A stretch of 64,000 nt of DNA from Trypanosoma brucei. Taxonomy: Eukaryota. The stretch covers positions 1,056,001 through 1,120,000 of the forward strand of contig CP000067.1 of assembly GCA_000002445.1 (NCBI GenBank), read 5' to 3'. Shown here piece after piece: positions 1 through 11,782 of this stretch; the first letter of the stretch is position 1, and every line of letters starts with the position of its first letter. Both the position numbers and the translations under genes were made by a program. The notes beneath the pieces were generated by a model, which was not told the DNA's origin, searched no databases, and worked only from the letters and a program-made list of their open reading frames with translations.

Positions 1-598
1 TACTTCGGTGATTCAAAGAAGTAGCAAAAAATAAAAAAAAGAAGAAAGCGATGCAAAAATCTTGAGGAAATGGGGGAATTCATATGTAAGCTGAAGATGA
101 GGAGTTAAACGAAGGAGCATCATCATTATCGTAGGATACAATGATCACATAACATTGCTCCTGAAACTGCTGTACTTGGGTCGAAGAGAAGCATGAGTCA
201 GAGGTCCGTTGGTAAAAATGCAAAAGAAAAGAAAGTTAAATCCTTATTTTTGAACGAATGGGAGGGGGGGTGCCCCCTCAACTCTTCTCTTTCCTTTCCC
301 TCTCCTTTTAATTAAGTTAGGGTTCCCCTTTGCTGTCTACTGCTTCCTTAATTAAAGGAAGCCCATCCTCTCACACCTGACATGCAACCGCCTTTGGGGG
401 AATAAAACAGAAACCTAGCAAACACTGTTTAGCAGGTGCAAACAAGCGCATATGTATATGCGTATTTATGTATTTAGTACATGTGTTAACGCAGGGACGG
501 GCGCCCACAAGTGCGAGCGCAAAAATGAGAGGAATAAACTGTTTGAGAGACATTACACACTGCTACGCAAGTGACACCCGTATAAGGTTGAAGCCCTA

Positions 599-2059
599 CT
601 AAAGCCGTTGGGACGTCGCTTCTGATCGGCTGGAAGAGCATGTCGAGCAAATTTCCATAATCATTTCACTGATTTTCACCAGCATCCGTGCCCGCCTGGC
701 ACGGTGTTCGTCCGTCACTGATAAGTCATAGAGGAGAAGGTTGGCTGCACATCCGACACTCTGCTGCACGTCCCGCTGACAAAAAGCCAACGCAGCGTTG
801 ATGAGCTGATCCCCGCTGAGCCTTTTCCGTGCAGCCTTATACAGCGTCGTTACACACGTCTTTGTGAGTAGTTTCATACTGGATATACAGGCCCACTTTG
901 AGGTTCGGAATCGGTCGATCTCCCGCCTGAGAGGAACCCTTGTTAAGTGCTGACGAGCGACTGCGGCGTATTGTTTGGCGACCAAAGGCATGAAACTCCG
1001 CCCACCGCGCGTGCAGACCGCGTCCACGATTGCCGGTCGTGCGGCCTCGAGCGTGGCGTCATCGCCATCCACAAGTGGCAGAAGAATTTTGGCCAAACGC
1101 AACCGTCGCCTGTTCTTCATTTCTTTCCTGAGCTCACCATCGAGGTATAAACGCGAGGTGAAGTGAAGGGTCCACCCCAGACGACCGATGAAGGGCTCCC
1201 AGTGCCTTGCGCCAAGAATCTCCTCTATGTTGGAGTATGAACCGTTGCCCACACGGTTGGGGTTTACTTTTCCACTTGTGTCATATTCGATGCGACACCG
1301 TTCGTCACTCAGCACATTGTAGGCATCCAAAAGACGTTGAAATCGCTGCGAGGCGTCTGCATCACCAATATTCCTGTCCGGATGCAGTAGTAGTGCCTTG
1401 TGGCGGTAGGCTGATCGAATTTCATCTGCCGTGGCTTCTCTACCCACTCCCAAAATACTGTAAAAGTCCTCTCCCAATTCTCCATCCTGCTGTTCAGTAG
1501 AGTCAGCATCAGCAGCGTCTTCCTCATTAGAGTCAGGGGACAAGCTTTTCTTTACCCAGTCCATTATCTTATTCTTCCGCTTGCGAGACTTACGGTAGAT
1601 GTCATCATCCGTTGGAGGAAGATCAGCCAACATGTCATCCAAGTGTACATCGATCCACTTCCCATATATTTCGCACCAGTAGCATCTTCCCCGTACTGTT
1701 TGCTGGAGAGCAGCTTTTGTGTTCATCACACCACGGCCAAGTTGTCGCGCGCCCATCACCACGCCAGCCAAAGTTCCACCCGCAAGTGTGACAATACCGG
1801 CGCCGAGCCCTTTAGCGACACCAACGGCGCCTTCTTCTTTCCCGGAAGCTATGGTCGCTGCAATAAGACCACTCATTCCCATGCCAACTCCTACCACCAC
1901 ATTTCTGGCGGCATCGGCTACTCCATGTCCAACATGTTTAGGCACACTGTCAGCAAAAGGGCTCCGCAACAGAGAAAGCGGTACTCGGGGTACATTCGTA
2001 TTTTCTGTCCCCCTCCTCCTTTTCCTTCCGCTTGGATTGCATCCGTTGCTTTTCCCCAT
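599..2059 (-). CDS. DnaJ (J-domain) protein with N-terminal Gly-zipper transmembrane region. The track ORF extends to 2209, but the upstream 50 codons look non-coding. Start proposed at the ATG at 2059 (MGKSNG...); an ATG at 2086 is also possible.
   Basis: Translation contains a canonical J-domain: DFYSILGV...IRSAYRHKALLLHPDRN with the HPD motif. Upstream of it is a Gly/Ala-rich hydrophobic stretch (VVVGVGMGMSGLIAATIASG...GLGAGIVTLAGGTLAGVVMG), a GxxxG-type zipper typical of membrane helices. The reverse complement 'cat' at 2057-2059 was verified. Confidence 0.7.
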   Translation of the reverse strand: MGKSNGCNPSGRKRRRGTENTNVPRVPLSLLRSPFADSVPKHVGHGVADAARNVVVGVGMGMSGLIAATIASGKEEGAVGVAKGLGAGIVTLAGGTLAGVVMGARQLGRGVMNTKAALQQTVRGRCYWCEIYGKWIDVHLDDMLADLPPTDDDIYRKSRKRKNKIMDWVKKSLSPDSNEEDAADADSTEQQDGELGEDFYSILGVGREATADEIRSAYRHKALLLHPDRNIGDADASQRFQRLLDAYNVLSDERCRIEYDTSGKVNPNRVGNGSYSNIEEILGARHWEPFIGRLGWTLHFTSRLYLDGELRKEMKNRRRLRLAKILLPLVDGDDATLEAARPAIVDAVCTRGGRSFMPLVAKQYAAVARQHLTRVPLRREIDRFRTSKWACISSMKLLTKTCVTTLYKAARKRLSGDQLINAALAFCQRDVQQSVGCAANLLLYDLSVTDEHRARRARMLVKISEMIMEICSTCSSSRSEATSQRL

Positions 2060-3138
2060 GTTTTCAACTGTACATAAAACAAACATATGGGATAGTAATA
2101 GTTGCGGGGTGATGACAAGTGAGGTGTGATGAGAATACCAACCGCTGGAAGAACCACGCAGAACACTACACAAATGCACACACGTATATGTGTATGTGTA
2201 AAAGAACAAATATTCTTTTATTTTAAGAGAGAGAGAGAGGGGGGGGGGAACATCCAGACCATTTCAGAATTTGTACCAACACTCCAAGTGCCGCCGGTTT
2301 GCGTACCGTATGCCGCTGAGAGTTACCTGCGCACGACTGTCCTGTCGTCACACAAAGATTTGGAGAAAAGAACAGCGGGTAAAGAGGAGTCGGCATCGCT
2401 AGTGTTTCCGTGCAAGGCAAAAGAAAAAAAAACGGGAAAGAAAACAACAACAAGCAAACACAAAAGAAGGGAAAACGTCATGCGACCGCAAACCGCCAAG
2501 CGGAAAGGGGGACTCCGCACGACGGTTAAATGAATTAATTATCAGCGGTGTTCGCGCAATTCATTAAATTATTGAAAAGTGGGGATTCGTGCAACCTGTC
2601 ATTTTTGTTTTTTGTGACGCGTAGTTTGTCACTCAACAAGTAATATGACATATTTTTGTGTGTGCCATGTGACTTTCCTTGAAACTACGAAGGGGAAGAA
2701 GGGTTCAGAATTCTCAATTTGTGTAAATAAATGAACTAATCAGAGGAAAAAAAAAGGGGAAACAGGGAAGAGATAATAATAATAAAAGAACCGCCACAAT
2801 TCCGTGGCTTAAAGCTGAGCAGGTGACAGACATATGCGAGGGTTATGCAGTGATAGAAAAAAAAATAGCAGTCCGCAGTGGGAGCGCACACCTGGTCAGA
2901 AAAAAAAGTAAAATAAAGAAATAAAAAGAAAATTAGCCCTTTCCGAATTTCTCAACGCCCACTCAAAGTTGTGGAGTGTACTGGGCAAAAATAAAATAAA
3001 AGACAAAAAGTAGATAAATACAACAACAAGCACACCAATAAATAGGAGGGAGAGCAAAAGAAATCAGAAAAAAAATTAGGGAAAAACATTGAGGAGGAAA
3101 ATGACGGTGACGAGTGGGGGAATATGAAACAAAGAGAA

Positions 3139-3158
3139 TATATATATATATATATATA
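3139..3158. repeat. (TA)10 microsatellite in the intergenic part of array unit 1
   Basis: Direct count in the sequence 'aatatatatatatatatatatagg'. Confidence 0.9.
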
Positions 3159-3788
3159 GGAATGACACGCATATTTTTTTTTTTTCATTTTCCCTTTTGA
3201 CACTCCACTCAAATCATTCGCTCTTTTCGTCCCCTCACCCGATCGCCATCATTAACCAAACTTTGATATCGCAGGCTGTGAAATTGCTCAAGACCGGACA
3301 AAACGAGGGAAAATAAAACAAAAAAAAATAGAAAGTTGAGAAAGGTGTTGACACCACACATTATATTAAATACAAAAAAAACAATGAACGATGCTCATCA
3401 CAGTGGTCAGGATACCTGCCAGTGGTGCACGATGGAAAGAAGTCCATGCGAAGGCCTTCCTCTACTTTTTTCCCTCTTTCGAAACGCATTATTACTCATT
3501 TAAAAGACATTAACAACAATAACAACAACAAAATAATTACAAAGATATTATTTTTTAAAGTTAAAAAGAAACTAGGGTAGGGTAGAGAGGAAAACGAAAC
3601 AAAACAAGCATAAGAAAGGTGATAGCATACAGTTGTGACCACTTTACCTTAAATAGAAATTTACTTTCTCTTTATATCTTGTTACACCCAGGGGCTTAGT
3701 GGGAAATAAGCACTTTCTCAGCTCTTGTCAGCGCCTCAAACTTAAGAATTGAGTCCGCCGCATGCTGGCACTTACGTTTAGTTTATGT

Positions 3789-5159
3789 TCATCCCCTGAC
3801 GGTATCCAAAATGGTGGAGCCGGTGCCGAACACAATAAGAAACACACCGCACAGCAGCACCACATAAGTCGTAATGTAATATAAGGGCCCAACTTTCTGC
3901 CATGTGAAGCCCCCTGAGTACATAATCAACAACGCGGGGAAGACGAAACCCAGTGAACCACCACACACAGATCCGGCAATACCAAACACGGTGGTGATCT
4001 TCGGGATGAATATACTCAAAAGCAAAACAAGGAACGACAGTGTAATGACTGACACGCAATGCTTCCAAAAGGGTAGAGAATCCGCAGTCTTCCCAACGAC
4101 GTCATACAATGCATTACGACACGCCATAGCAACTAGGGCATAGGATACGCATAGTTTGATAACGACGCCAATCATACCAACCATTACAGCCGGCTCCTTT
4201 ACGGGGTCGTACATAAGCAAAATAGAACTGGTTGCGGTCTTACCAAAGTCCATGTAACCGAAAAAGGCAGTGATTATGTACATTATACAGCAAAGGGTAT
4301 TGGCAATGATGGCCGCAATAACAAACTTACGTACTGAACGATCCTTCATGTCAATATAAACTTCGTACGCTGTAATCTGCGATATGAATGCGAACATAAA
4401 TACTCCCATTCCCTCAATGGCCTGGAATCCGCTGTTGAATAGGATGATTTCGGCATCTTCGCTCTTGGTCACACTAACATTCTTTATATTCTCCGACAAG
4501 CCATTCATGCACGAGTGCACAACGATCACAATGACAAAATACACCATGAAGGTAACGGCAAAAGTGGAGACGTACCGAAGGGAGTCGATGTGACGCGGAA
4601 TCGTCAGTGGAAGCATAAAACATGCCCAAACCACCGCCATGAGAAGACGATTACCTGATTTTTCCTTCAGGAAGTCCGGCGCATTTGTGCCTTTCAAAAT
4701 GGCAGACAAAATATCTCCCACTGAAATCACGTAGGCAACACAACCACTAAAACCGAGTAGCGCTCGAATACCAGCAAGAACATACGCAGCCCCGCGGCCG
4801 AGAAGTGCGCGAGTTGCCCTCTCGAAGGTGGGGGCTCCTGAGCGGTCGGCTGCGACTGAGAGGTTGTGCATCGTGAAAACCGTTACGGAAGAGATGAAAA
4901 TGAGGTAAAACATTCCCATGATAAGGCCGGTACTGTTGGCCGCCGGAGGCATCCCGAAGATTCCCGCACCGATTGTTGTTGACGCCATGTTAAAAGCACT
5001 GGCCGCAATGCCACCCGGAGGCAAAACAGTGGCGACGCACAAACTCACCTTCGTAAAGAATGTGTTTCGCCCCTTCTTCACGTTATCTTCGGTCTGCACC
5101 GGTTCATTGGAGAGGTTGTTTGGCGTTTGCACTTCTTGTTGTTGCTTGGAGTTGCTCAT
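3789..5159 (-). CDS. Amino acid transporter (AAAP/AAT family), array copy 1. The track ORF runs to 5465; start proposed at the internal ATG (MSNSKQQQ...).
   Basis: Multi-TM protein with motifs typical of trypanosomatid AATs (GGIAASAFNMASTTIGAGIFGMP..., 10-11 hydrophobic segments). The extension from 5160 to 5465 is hydrophobic/low-complexity read-through with no counterpart in the paralog at 13244-14659. 'cat' at 5157-5159 was verified. Confidence 0.75.
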   Translation of the reverse strand: MSNSKQQQEVQTPNNLSNEPVQTEDNVKKGRNTFFTKVSLCVATVLPPGGIAASAFNMASTTIGAGIFGMPPAANSTGLIMGMFYLIFISSVTVFTMHNLSVAADRSGAPTFERATRALLGRGAAYVLAGIRALLGFSGCVAYVISVGDILSAILKGTNAPDFLKEKSGNRLLMAVVWACFMLPLTIPRHIDSLRYVSTFAVTFMVYFVIVIVVHSCMNGLSENIKNVSVTKSEDAEIILFNSGFQAIEGMGVFMFAFISQITAYEVYIDMKDRSVRKFVIAAIIANTLCCIMYIITAFFGYMDFGKTATSSILLMYDPVKEPAVMVGMIGVVIKLCVSYALVAMACRNALYDVVGKTADSLPFWKHCVSVITLSFLVLLLSIFIPKITTVFGIAGSVCGGSLGFVFPALLIMYSGGFTWQKVGPLYYITTYVVLLCGVFLIVFGTGSTILDTVRG

Positions 5160-6459
5160 TGCGTCTTGCAGTCGATTAGCACTTTTAGGGACTTCTTTTA
5201 CCCACAGAGTTTCGGGAACAAAAGGATGAAAGAGAAAGAGCATGAGGAAGTGATGTGCAAGGAAAGTTAGATATGCACAAGTTGGTGCGTACCATGTCTG
5301 AAAGTTTATTGAAGAAGATGCAAGCACACACCTGGAGAGACGCAAATGACGTTCGCCTCCCTTCGTTTTGTGCTTGAGCTGTGCAGCAGTTGCCCCGATG
5401 ATTGTAATGCACACGAGGTGATTTCCATACCAACGTTGAATAGAGTTGTTTGAGGGCAAATTCACTTGCCACTGGAGTTACAAACGCATAAAGTCGTTTC
5501 GGCATGCTAGTGATTGTTTGCTCACGTTTCTTGTCGATTGCGCCACTTCTTCAGTACCATACGACTTCATGCGAGATGAAGAGCGGGGAAGACTTCTGCA
5601 AGACAAAACTTAAAATGTTGCAGTGCTTTGAAGCAGAGTGGACATACACATAACTTTGCTCCTTGATACCACAGCTAGGAACGCAGCGCCCCAAAGTTAT
5701 GAATTACATATGAACTTGATGCACTTGATGGAAGCGGCACCGCGTGAATGCCACTACTGAAAGTGTATGAAAGGAAAGAAAAGACAATAAGAATATTAGG
5801 GGAAAGAACAAAGAAGGGGTTAATGTTTCGCAATTACCATTTAACCTAGTGGTATACCTGAGATAATAAAATCAGCGGTGCACCGAAAGAAACGCTGCAC
5901 AGCCTGAGCACCGAGGGAGGAAGTTGAGGTAAAAAGAAAAAAAAAGAAACCATAAAACAAAAAAGAAACCGAAAGGGACCCTCGAATGGTATCGCAGAAG
6001 CAGCATTTGGAGATGAGTGGACGCATGGAGTCGGCAAACTTGACGGTTTTACCACCGCTTTATTCAACGGCAATGGAGCCACCGCCTCCAGCCGCATCGC
6101 ATAATACGGCCAAATCACTGCAATTCGCACCTCCGCTTGTTGTATTTTCTAATCGGCGGACGTAACGAGGGAAAAACGATGGGACCCCAACGAGATGACA
6201 ACGACAAAAGAAAAAAAAGTAAAATAAAGAAATAAAAAGAAAATTAGCCCTTTCCGAATTTCTCAACGCCCACTCAAAGTTGTGGAGTGTACTGGGCAAA
6301 AATAAAATAAAAGACAAAAAGTAGATAAATACAACAACAAGCACACCAATAAATAGGAGGGAGAGTAAAAGAAATCAGAAAAAAAATTAGGGAAAAACAT
6401 TGAGGAGGAAAATGACGGTGACGGGTGGGGGAATATGAAACAAAGAGAATATATATATA

Positions 6460-6477
6460 TATATATAGGAATGACAC
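6460..6477. repeat. (TA)9 microsatellite in array unit 2
   Basis: Direct count; same flanking sequence as unit 1 ('caaagagaa...ggaatgacacgc'). Confidence 0.9.
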
Positions 6478-7097
6478 GCATATTTTTTTTTTTTCATTTT
6501 CCCTTTTGACACTCCACTCAAATCATTCGCTCTTTTCGTCCCCTCACCCGATCGCCATCATTAACCAAACTTTGATATCGCAGGCTGTGAAATTGCTCAA
6601 GACCGGACAAAACGAGGGAAAATAAAACAAAAAAAATAGAAAGTTGAGAAAGGTGTTGACACCACACATTATATTAAATACAAAAAAAAACAATGAACGA
6701 TGCTCATCACAGTGGTCAGGATACCTGCCAGTGGTGCACGATGGAAAGAAGTCCATGCGAAGGCCTTCCTCTACTTTTTTCCCTCTTTCGAAACGCATTA
6801 TTACTCATTTAAAAGACATTAACAACAATAACAACAACAAAATAATTACAAAGATATTATTTTTTAAAGTTAAAAAGAAACTAGGGTAGGGTAGAGAGGA
6901 AAACGAAACAAAACAAGCATAAGAAAGGTGATAGCATACAGTTGTGACCACTTTACCTTAAATAGAAATTTACTTTCTCTTTATATCTTGTTACACCCAG
7001 GGGCTTAGTGGGAAATAAGCACTTTCTCAGCTCTTGTCAGCGCCTCAAACTTAAGAATTGAGTCCGCCGCATGCTGGCACTTACGTTTAGTTTATGT

Positions 7098-8468
7098 TCA
7101 TCCCCTGACGGTATCCAAAATGGTGGAGCCGGTGCCGAACACAATAAGAAACACACCGCACAGCAGCACCACATAAGTCGTAATGTAATATAAGGGCCCA
7201 ACTTTCTGCCATGTGAAGCCCCCTGAGTACATAATCAACAACGCGGGGAAGACGAAACCCAGTGAACCACCACACACAGATCCGGCAATACCAAACACGG
7301 TGGTGATCTTCGGGATGAATATACTCAAAAGCAAAACAAGGAACGACAGTGTAATGACTGACACGCAATGCTTCCAAAAGGGTAGAGAATCCGCAGTCTT
7401 CCCAACGACGTCATACAATGCATTACGACACGCCATAGCAACTAGGGCATAGGATACGCATAGTTTGATAACGACGCCAATCATACCAACCATTACAGCC
7501 GGCTCCTTTACGGGGTCGTACATAAGCAAAATAGAACTGGTTGCGGTCTTACCAAAGTCCATGTAACCGAAAAAGGCAGTGATTATGTACATTATACAGC
7601 AAAGGGTATTGGCAATGATGGCCGCAATAACAAACTTACGTACTGAACGATCCTTCATGTCAATATAAACTTCGTACGCTGTAATCTGCGATATGAATGC
7701 GAACATAAATACTCCCATTCCCTCAATGGCCTGGAATCCGCTGTTGAATAGGATGATTTCGGCATCTTCGCTCTTGGTCACACTAACATTCTTTATATTC
7801 TCCGACAAGCCATTCATGCACGAGTGCACAACGATCACAATGACAAAATACACCATGAAGGTAACGGCAAAAGTGGAGACGTACCGAAGGGAGTCGATGT
7901 GACGCGGAATCGTCAGTGGAAGCATAAAACATGCCCAAACCACCGCCATGAGAAGACGATTACCTGATTTTTCCTTCAGGAAGTCCGGCGCATTTGTGCC
8001 TTTCAAAATGGCAGACAAAATATCTCCCACTGAAATCACGTAGGCAACACAACCACTAAAACCGAGTAGCGCTCGAATACCAGCAAGAACATACGCAGCC
8101 CCGCGGCCGAGAAGTGCGCGAGTTGCCCTCTCGAAGGTGGGGGCTCCTGAGCGGTCGGCTGCGACTGAGAGGTTGTGCATCGTGAAAACCGTTACGGAAG
8201 AGATGAAAATGAGGTAAAACATTCCCATGATAAGGCCGGTACTGTTGGCCGCCGGAGGCATCCCGAAGATTCCCGCACCGATTGTTGTTGACGCCATGTT
8301 AAAAGCACTGGCCGCAATGCCACCCGGAGGCAAAACAGTGGCGACGCACAAACTCACCTTCGTAAAGAATGTGTTTCGCCCCTTCTTCACGTTATCTTCG
8401 GTCTGCACCGGTTCATTGGAGAGGTTGTTTGGCGTTTGCACTTCTTGTTGTTGCTTGGAGTTGCTCAT
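7098..8468 (-). CDS. Amino acid transporter (AAAP/AAT family), array copy 2, identical at protein level to copy 1
   Basis: Identical 558-aa ORF in the track at 7098-8774. The same internal-start logic applies (8774 minus 306 = 8468). Confidence 0.75.
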   Translation of the reverse strand: MSNSKQQQEVQTPNNLSNEPVQTEDNVKKGRNTFFTKVSLCVATVLPPGGIAASAFNMASTTIGAGIFGMPPAANSTGLIMGMFYLIFISSVTVFTMHNLSVAADRSGAPTFERATRALLGRGAAYVLAGIRALLGFSGCVAYVISVGDILSAILKGTNAPDFLKEKSGNRLLMAVVWACFMLPLTIPRHIDSLRYVSTFAVTFMVYFVIVIVVHSCMNGLSENIKNVSVTKSEDAEIILFNSGFQAIEGMGVFMFAFISQITAYEVYIDMKDRSVRKFVIAAIIANTLCCIMYIITAFFGYMDFGKTATSSILLMYDPVKEPAVMVGMIGVVIKLCVSYALVAMACRNALYDVVGKTADSLPFWKHCVSVITLSFLVLLLSIFIPKITTVFGIAGSVCGGSLGFVFPALLIMYSGGFTWQKVGPLYYITTYVVLLCGVFLIVFGTGSTILDTVRG

Positions 8469-9759
8469 TGCGTCTTGCAGTCGATTAGCACTTTTAGGGA
8501 CTTCTTTTACCCACAGAGTTTCGGGAACAAAAGGATGAAAGAGAAAGAGCATGAGGAAGTGATGTGCAAGGAAAGTTAGATATGCACAAGTTGGTGCGTA
8601 CCATGTCTGAAAGTTTATTGAAGAAGATGCAAGCACACACCTGGAGAGACGCAAATGACGTTCGCCTCCCTTCGTTTTGTGCTTGAGCTGTGCAGCAGTT
8701 GCCCCGATGATTGTAATGCACACGAGGTGATTTCCATACCAACGTTGAATAGAGTTGTTTGAGGGCAAATTCACTTGCCACTGGAGTTACAAACGCATAA
8801 AGTCGTTTCGGCATGCTAGTGATTGTTTGCTCACGTTTCTTGTCGATTGCGCCACTTCTTCAGTACCATACGACTTCATGCGAGATGAAGAGCGGGGAAG
8901 ACTTCTGCAAGACAAAACTTAAAATGTTGCAGTGCTTTGAAGCAGAGTGGACATACACATAACTTTGCTCCTTGATACCACAGCTAGGAACGCAGCGCCC
9001 CAAAGTTATGAATTACATATGAACTTGATGCACTTGATGGAAGCGGCACCGCGTGAATGCCACTACTGAAAGTGTATGAAAGGAAAGAAAAGACAATAAG
9101 AATATTAGGGGAAAGAACAAAGAAGGGGTTAATGTTTCGCAATTACCATTTAACCTAGTGGTATACCTGAGATAATAAAATCAGCGGTGCACCGAAAGAA
9201 ACGCTGCACAGCCTGAGCACCGAGGGAGGAAGTTGAGGTAAAAAGAAAAAAAAAGAAACCATAAAACAAAAAAGAAACCGAAAGGGACCCTCGAATGGTA
9301 TCGCAGAAGCAGCATTTGGAGATGAGTGGACGCATGGAGTCGGCAAACTTGACGGTTTTACCACCGCTTTATTCAACGGCAATGGAGCCACCGCCTCCAG
9401 CCGCATCGCATAATACGGCCAAATCACTGCAATTCGCACCTCCGCTTGTTGTATTTTCTAATCGGCGGACGTAACGAGGGAAAAACGATGGGACCCCAAC
9501 GAGATGACAACGACAAAAGAAAAAAAAGTAAAATAAAGAAATAAAAAGAAAATTAGCCCTTTCCGAATTTCTCAACGCCCACTCAAAGTTGTGGAGTGTA
9601 CTGGGCAAAAATAAAATAAAAGACAAAAAGTAGATAAATACAACAACAAGCACACCAATAAATAGGAGGGAGAGTAAAAGAAATCAGAAAAAAAATTAGG
9701 GAAAAACATTGAGGAGGAAAATGACGGTGACGGGTGGGGGAATATGAAACAAAGAGAAT

Positions 9760-9783
9760 ATATATATATATATATATATATAG
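9760..9783. repeat. (TA)12 microsatellite in array unit 3
   Basis: Direct count; same flanks as units 1 and 2. Confidence 0.9.
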
Positions 9784-10411
9784 GAATGACACGCATATTT
9801 TTTTTTTTTCATTTTCCCTTTTGACACTCCACTCAAATCATTCGCTCTTTTCGTCCCCTCACCCGATCGCCATCATTAACCAAACTTTGATATCGCAGGC
9901 TGTGAAATTGCTCAAGACCGGACAAAACGAGGGAAAATAAAACAAAAAAAATAGAAAGTTGAGAAAGGTGTTGACACCACACATTATATTAAATACAAAA
10001 AAAACAATGAACGATGCTCATCACAGTGGTCAGGATACCTGCCAGTGGTGCACGATGGAAAGAAGTCCATGCGAAGGCCTTCCTCTACTTTTTTCCCTCT
10101 TTCGAAACGCATTATTACTCATTTAAAAGACATTAACAACAATAACAACAACAAAATAATTACAAAGATATTATTTTTTAAAGTTAAAAAGAAACTAGGG
10201 TAGGGTAGAGAGGAAAACGAAACAAAACAAGCATAAGAAAGGTGATAGCATACAGTTGTGACCACTTTACCTTAAATAGAAATTTACTTTCTCTTTATAT
10301 CTTGTTACACCCAGGGGCTTAGTGGGAAATAAGCACTTTCTCAGCTCTTGTCAGCGCCTCAAACTTAAGAATTGAGTCCGCCGCATGCTGGCACTTACGT
10401 TTAGTTTATGT

Positions 10412-11782
10412 TCATCCCCTGACGGTATCCAAAATGGTGGAGCCGGTGCCGAACACAATAAGAAACACACCGCACAGCAGCACCACATAAGTCGTAATGT
10501 AATATAAGGGCCCAACTTTCTGCCATGTGAAGCCCCCTGAGTACATAATCAACAACGCGGGGAAGACGAAACCCAGTGAACCACCACACACAGATCCGGC
10601 AATACCAAACACGGTGGTGATCTTCGGGATGAATATACTCAAAAGCAAAACAAGGAACGACAGTGTAATGACTGACACGCAATGCTTCCAAAAGGGTAGA
10701 GAATCCGCAGTCTTCCCAACGACGTCATACAATGCATTACGACACGCCATAGCAACTAGGGCATAGGATACGCATAGTTTGATAACGACGCCAATCATAC
10801 CAACCATTACAGCCGGCTCCTTTACGGGGTCGTACATAAGCAAAATAGAACTGGTTGCGGTCTTACCAAAGTCCATGTAACCGAAAAAGGCAGTGATTAT
10901 GTACATTATACAGCAAAGGGTATTGGCAATGATGGCCGCAATAACAAACTTACGTACTGAACGATCCTTCATGTCAATATAAACTTCGTACGCTGTAATC
11001 TGCGATATGAATGCGAACATAAATACTCCCATTCCCTCAATGGCCTGGAATCCGCTGTTGAATAGGATGATTTCGGCATCTTCGCTCTTGGTCACACTAA
11101 CATTCTTTATATTCTCCGACAAGCCATTCATGCACGAGTGCACAACGATCACAATGACAAAATACACCATGAAGGTAACGGCAAAAGTGGAGACGTACCG
11201 AAGGGAGTCGATGTGACGCGGAATCGTCAGTGGAAGCATAAAACATGCCCAAACCACCGCCATGAGAAGACGATTACCTGATTTTTCCTTCAGGAAGTCC
11301 GGCGCATTTGTGCCTTTCAAAATGGCAGACAAAATATCTCCCACTGAAATCACGTAGGCAACACAACCACTAAAACCGAGTAGCGCTCGAATACCAGCAA
11401 GAACATACGCAGCCCCGCGGCCGAGAAGTGCGCGAGTTGCCCTCTCGAAGGTGGGGGCTCCTGAGCGGTCGGCTGCGACTGAGAGGTTGTGCATCGTGAA
11501 AACCGTTACGGAAGAGATGAAAATGAGGTAAAACATTCCCATGATAAGGCCGGTACTGTTGGCCACCGGAGGCATCCCGAAGATTCCCGCACCGATTGTT
11601 GTTGACGCCATGTTAAAAGCACTGGCCGCAATGCCACCCGGAGGCAAAACAGTGGCGACGCACAAACTCACCTTCGTAAAGAATGTGTTTCGCCCCTTCT
11701 TCACGTTATCTTCGGTCTGCACCGGTTCATTGGAGAGGTTGTTTGGCGTTTGCACTTCTTGTTGTTGCTTGGAGTTGCTCAT
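10412..11782 (-). CDS. Amino acid transporter (AAAP/AAT family), array copy 3, with a single A-to-V substitution
   Basis: The ORF at 10412-12088 differs from copies 1 and 2 only at GMPPVANSTG versus GMPPAANSTG. This is a g-to-a change at ~11565 on the plus strand ('ggccaccgg' versus 'ggccgccgg'). Confidence 0.75.
   Translation of the reverse strand: MSNSKQQQEVQTPNNLSNEPVQTEDNVKKGRNTFFTKVSLCVATVLPPGGIAASAFNMASTTIGAGIFGMPPVANSTGLIMGMFYLIFISSVTVFTMHNLSVAADRSGAPTFERATRALLGRGAAYVLAGIRALLGFSGCVAYVISVGDILSAILKGTNAPDFLKEKSGNRLLMAVVWACFMLPLTIPRHIDSLRYVSTFAVTFMVYFVIVIVVHSCMNGLSENIKNVSVTKSEDAEIILFNSGFQAIEGMGVFMFAFISQITAYEVYIDMKDRSVRKFVIAAIIANTLCCIMYIITAFFGYMDFGKTATSSILLMYDPVKEPAVMVGMIGVVIKLCVSYALVAMACRNALYDVVGKTADSLPFWKHCVSVITLSFLVLLLSIFIPKITTVFGIAGSVCGGSLGFVFPALLIMYSGGFTWQKVGPLYYITTYVVLLCGVFLIVFGTGSTILDTVRG

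Noticed and set aside
311-356. Pair of 'ttaattaa' palindromes flanking 'gttagggttcccctttgctgtctactgcttcc'
   Set aside because: A short AT palindrome pair in a 3' intergenic region. The only adjacent G-rich content is a GGGTT in 'gttagggttcccc', not a telomere repeat array, and there is no other evidence of function.
3778-4068. 96-aa minus-strand ORF repeated in each array unit (3778-4068, 7087-7377, 10401-10691)
   Set aside because: It overlaps the 3' end of the AAT CDS in another frame, has a Cys/His/Trp-rich unnatural composition, and recurs only because the whole unit is repeated.
5160-5465. N-terminal ~100-aa extension of each 558-aa AAT ORF (also 8469-8774 and 11783-12088)
   Set aside because: The extension is hydrophobic and low-complexity, and is absent from the paralog at 13244-14659. 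The internal ATG begins a typical polar AAT N-terminal tail. I treat it as 5'UTR read-through.
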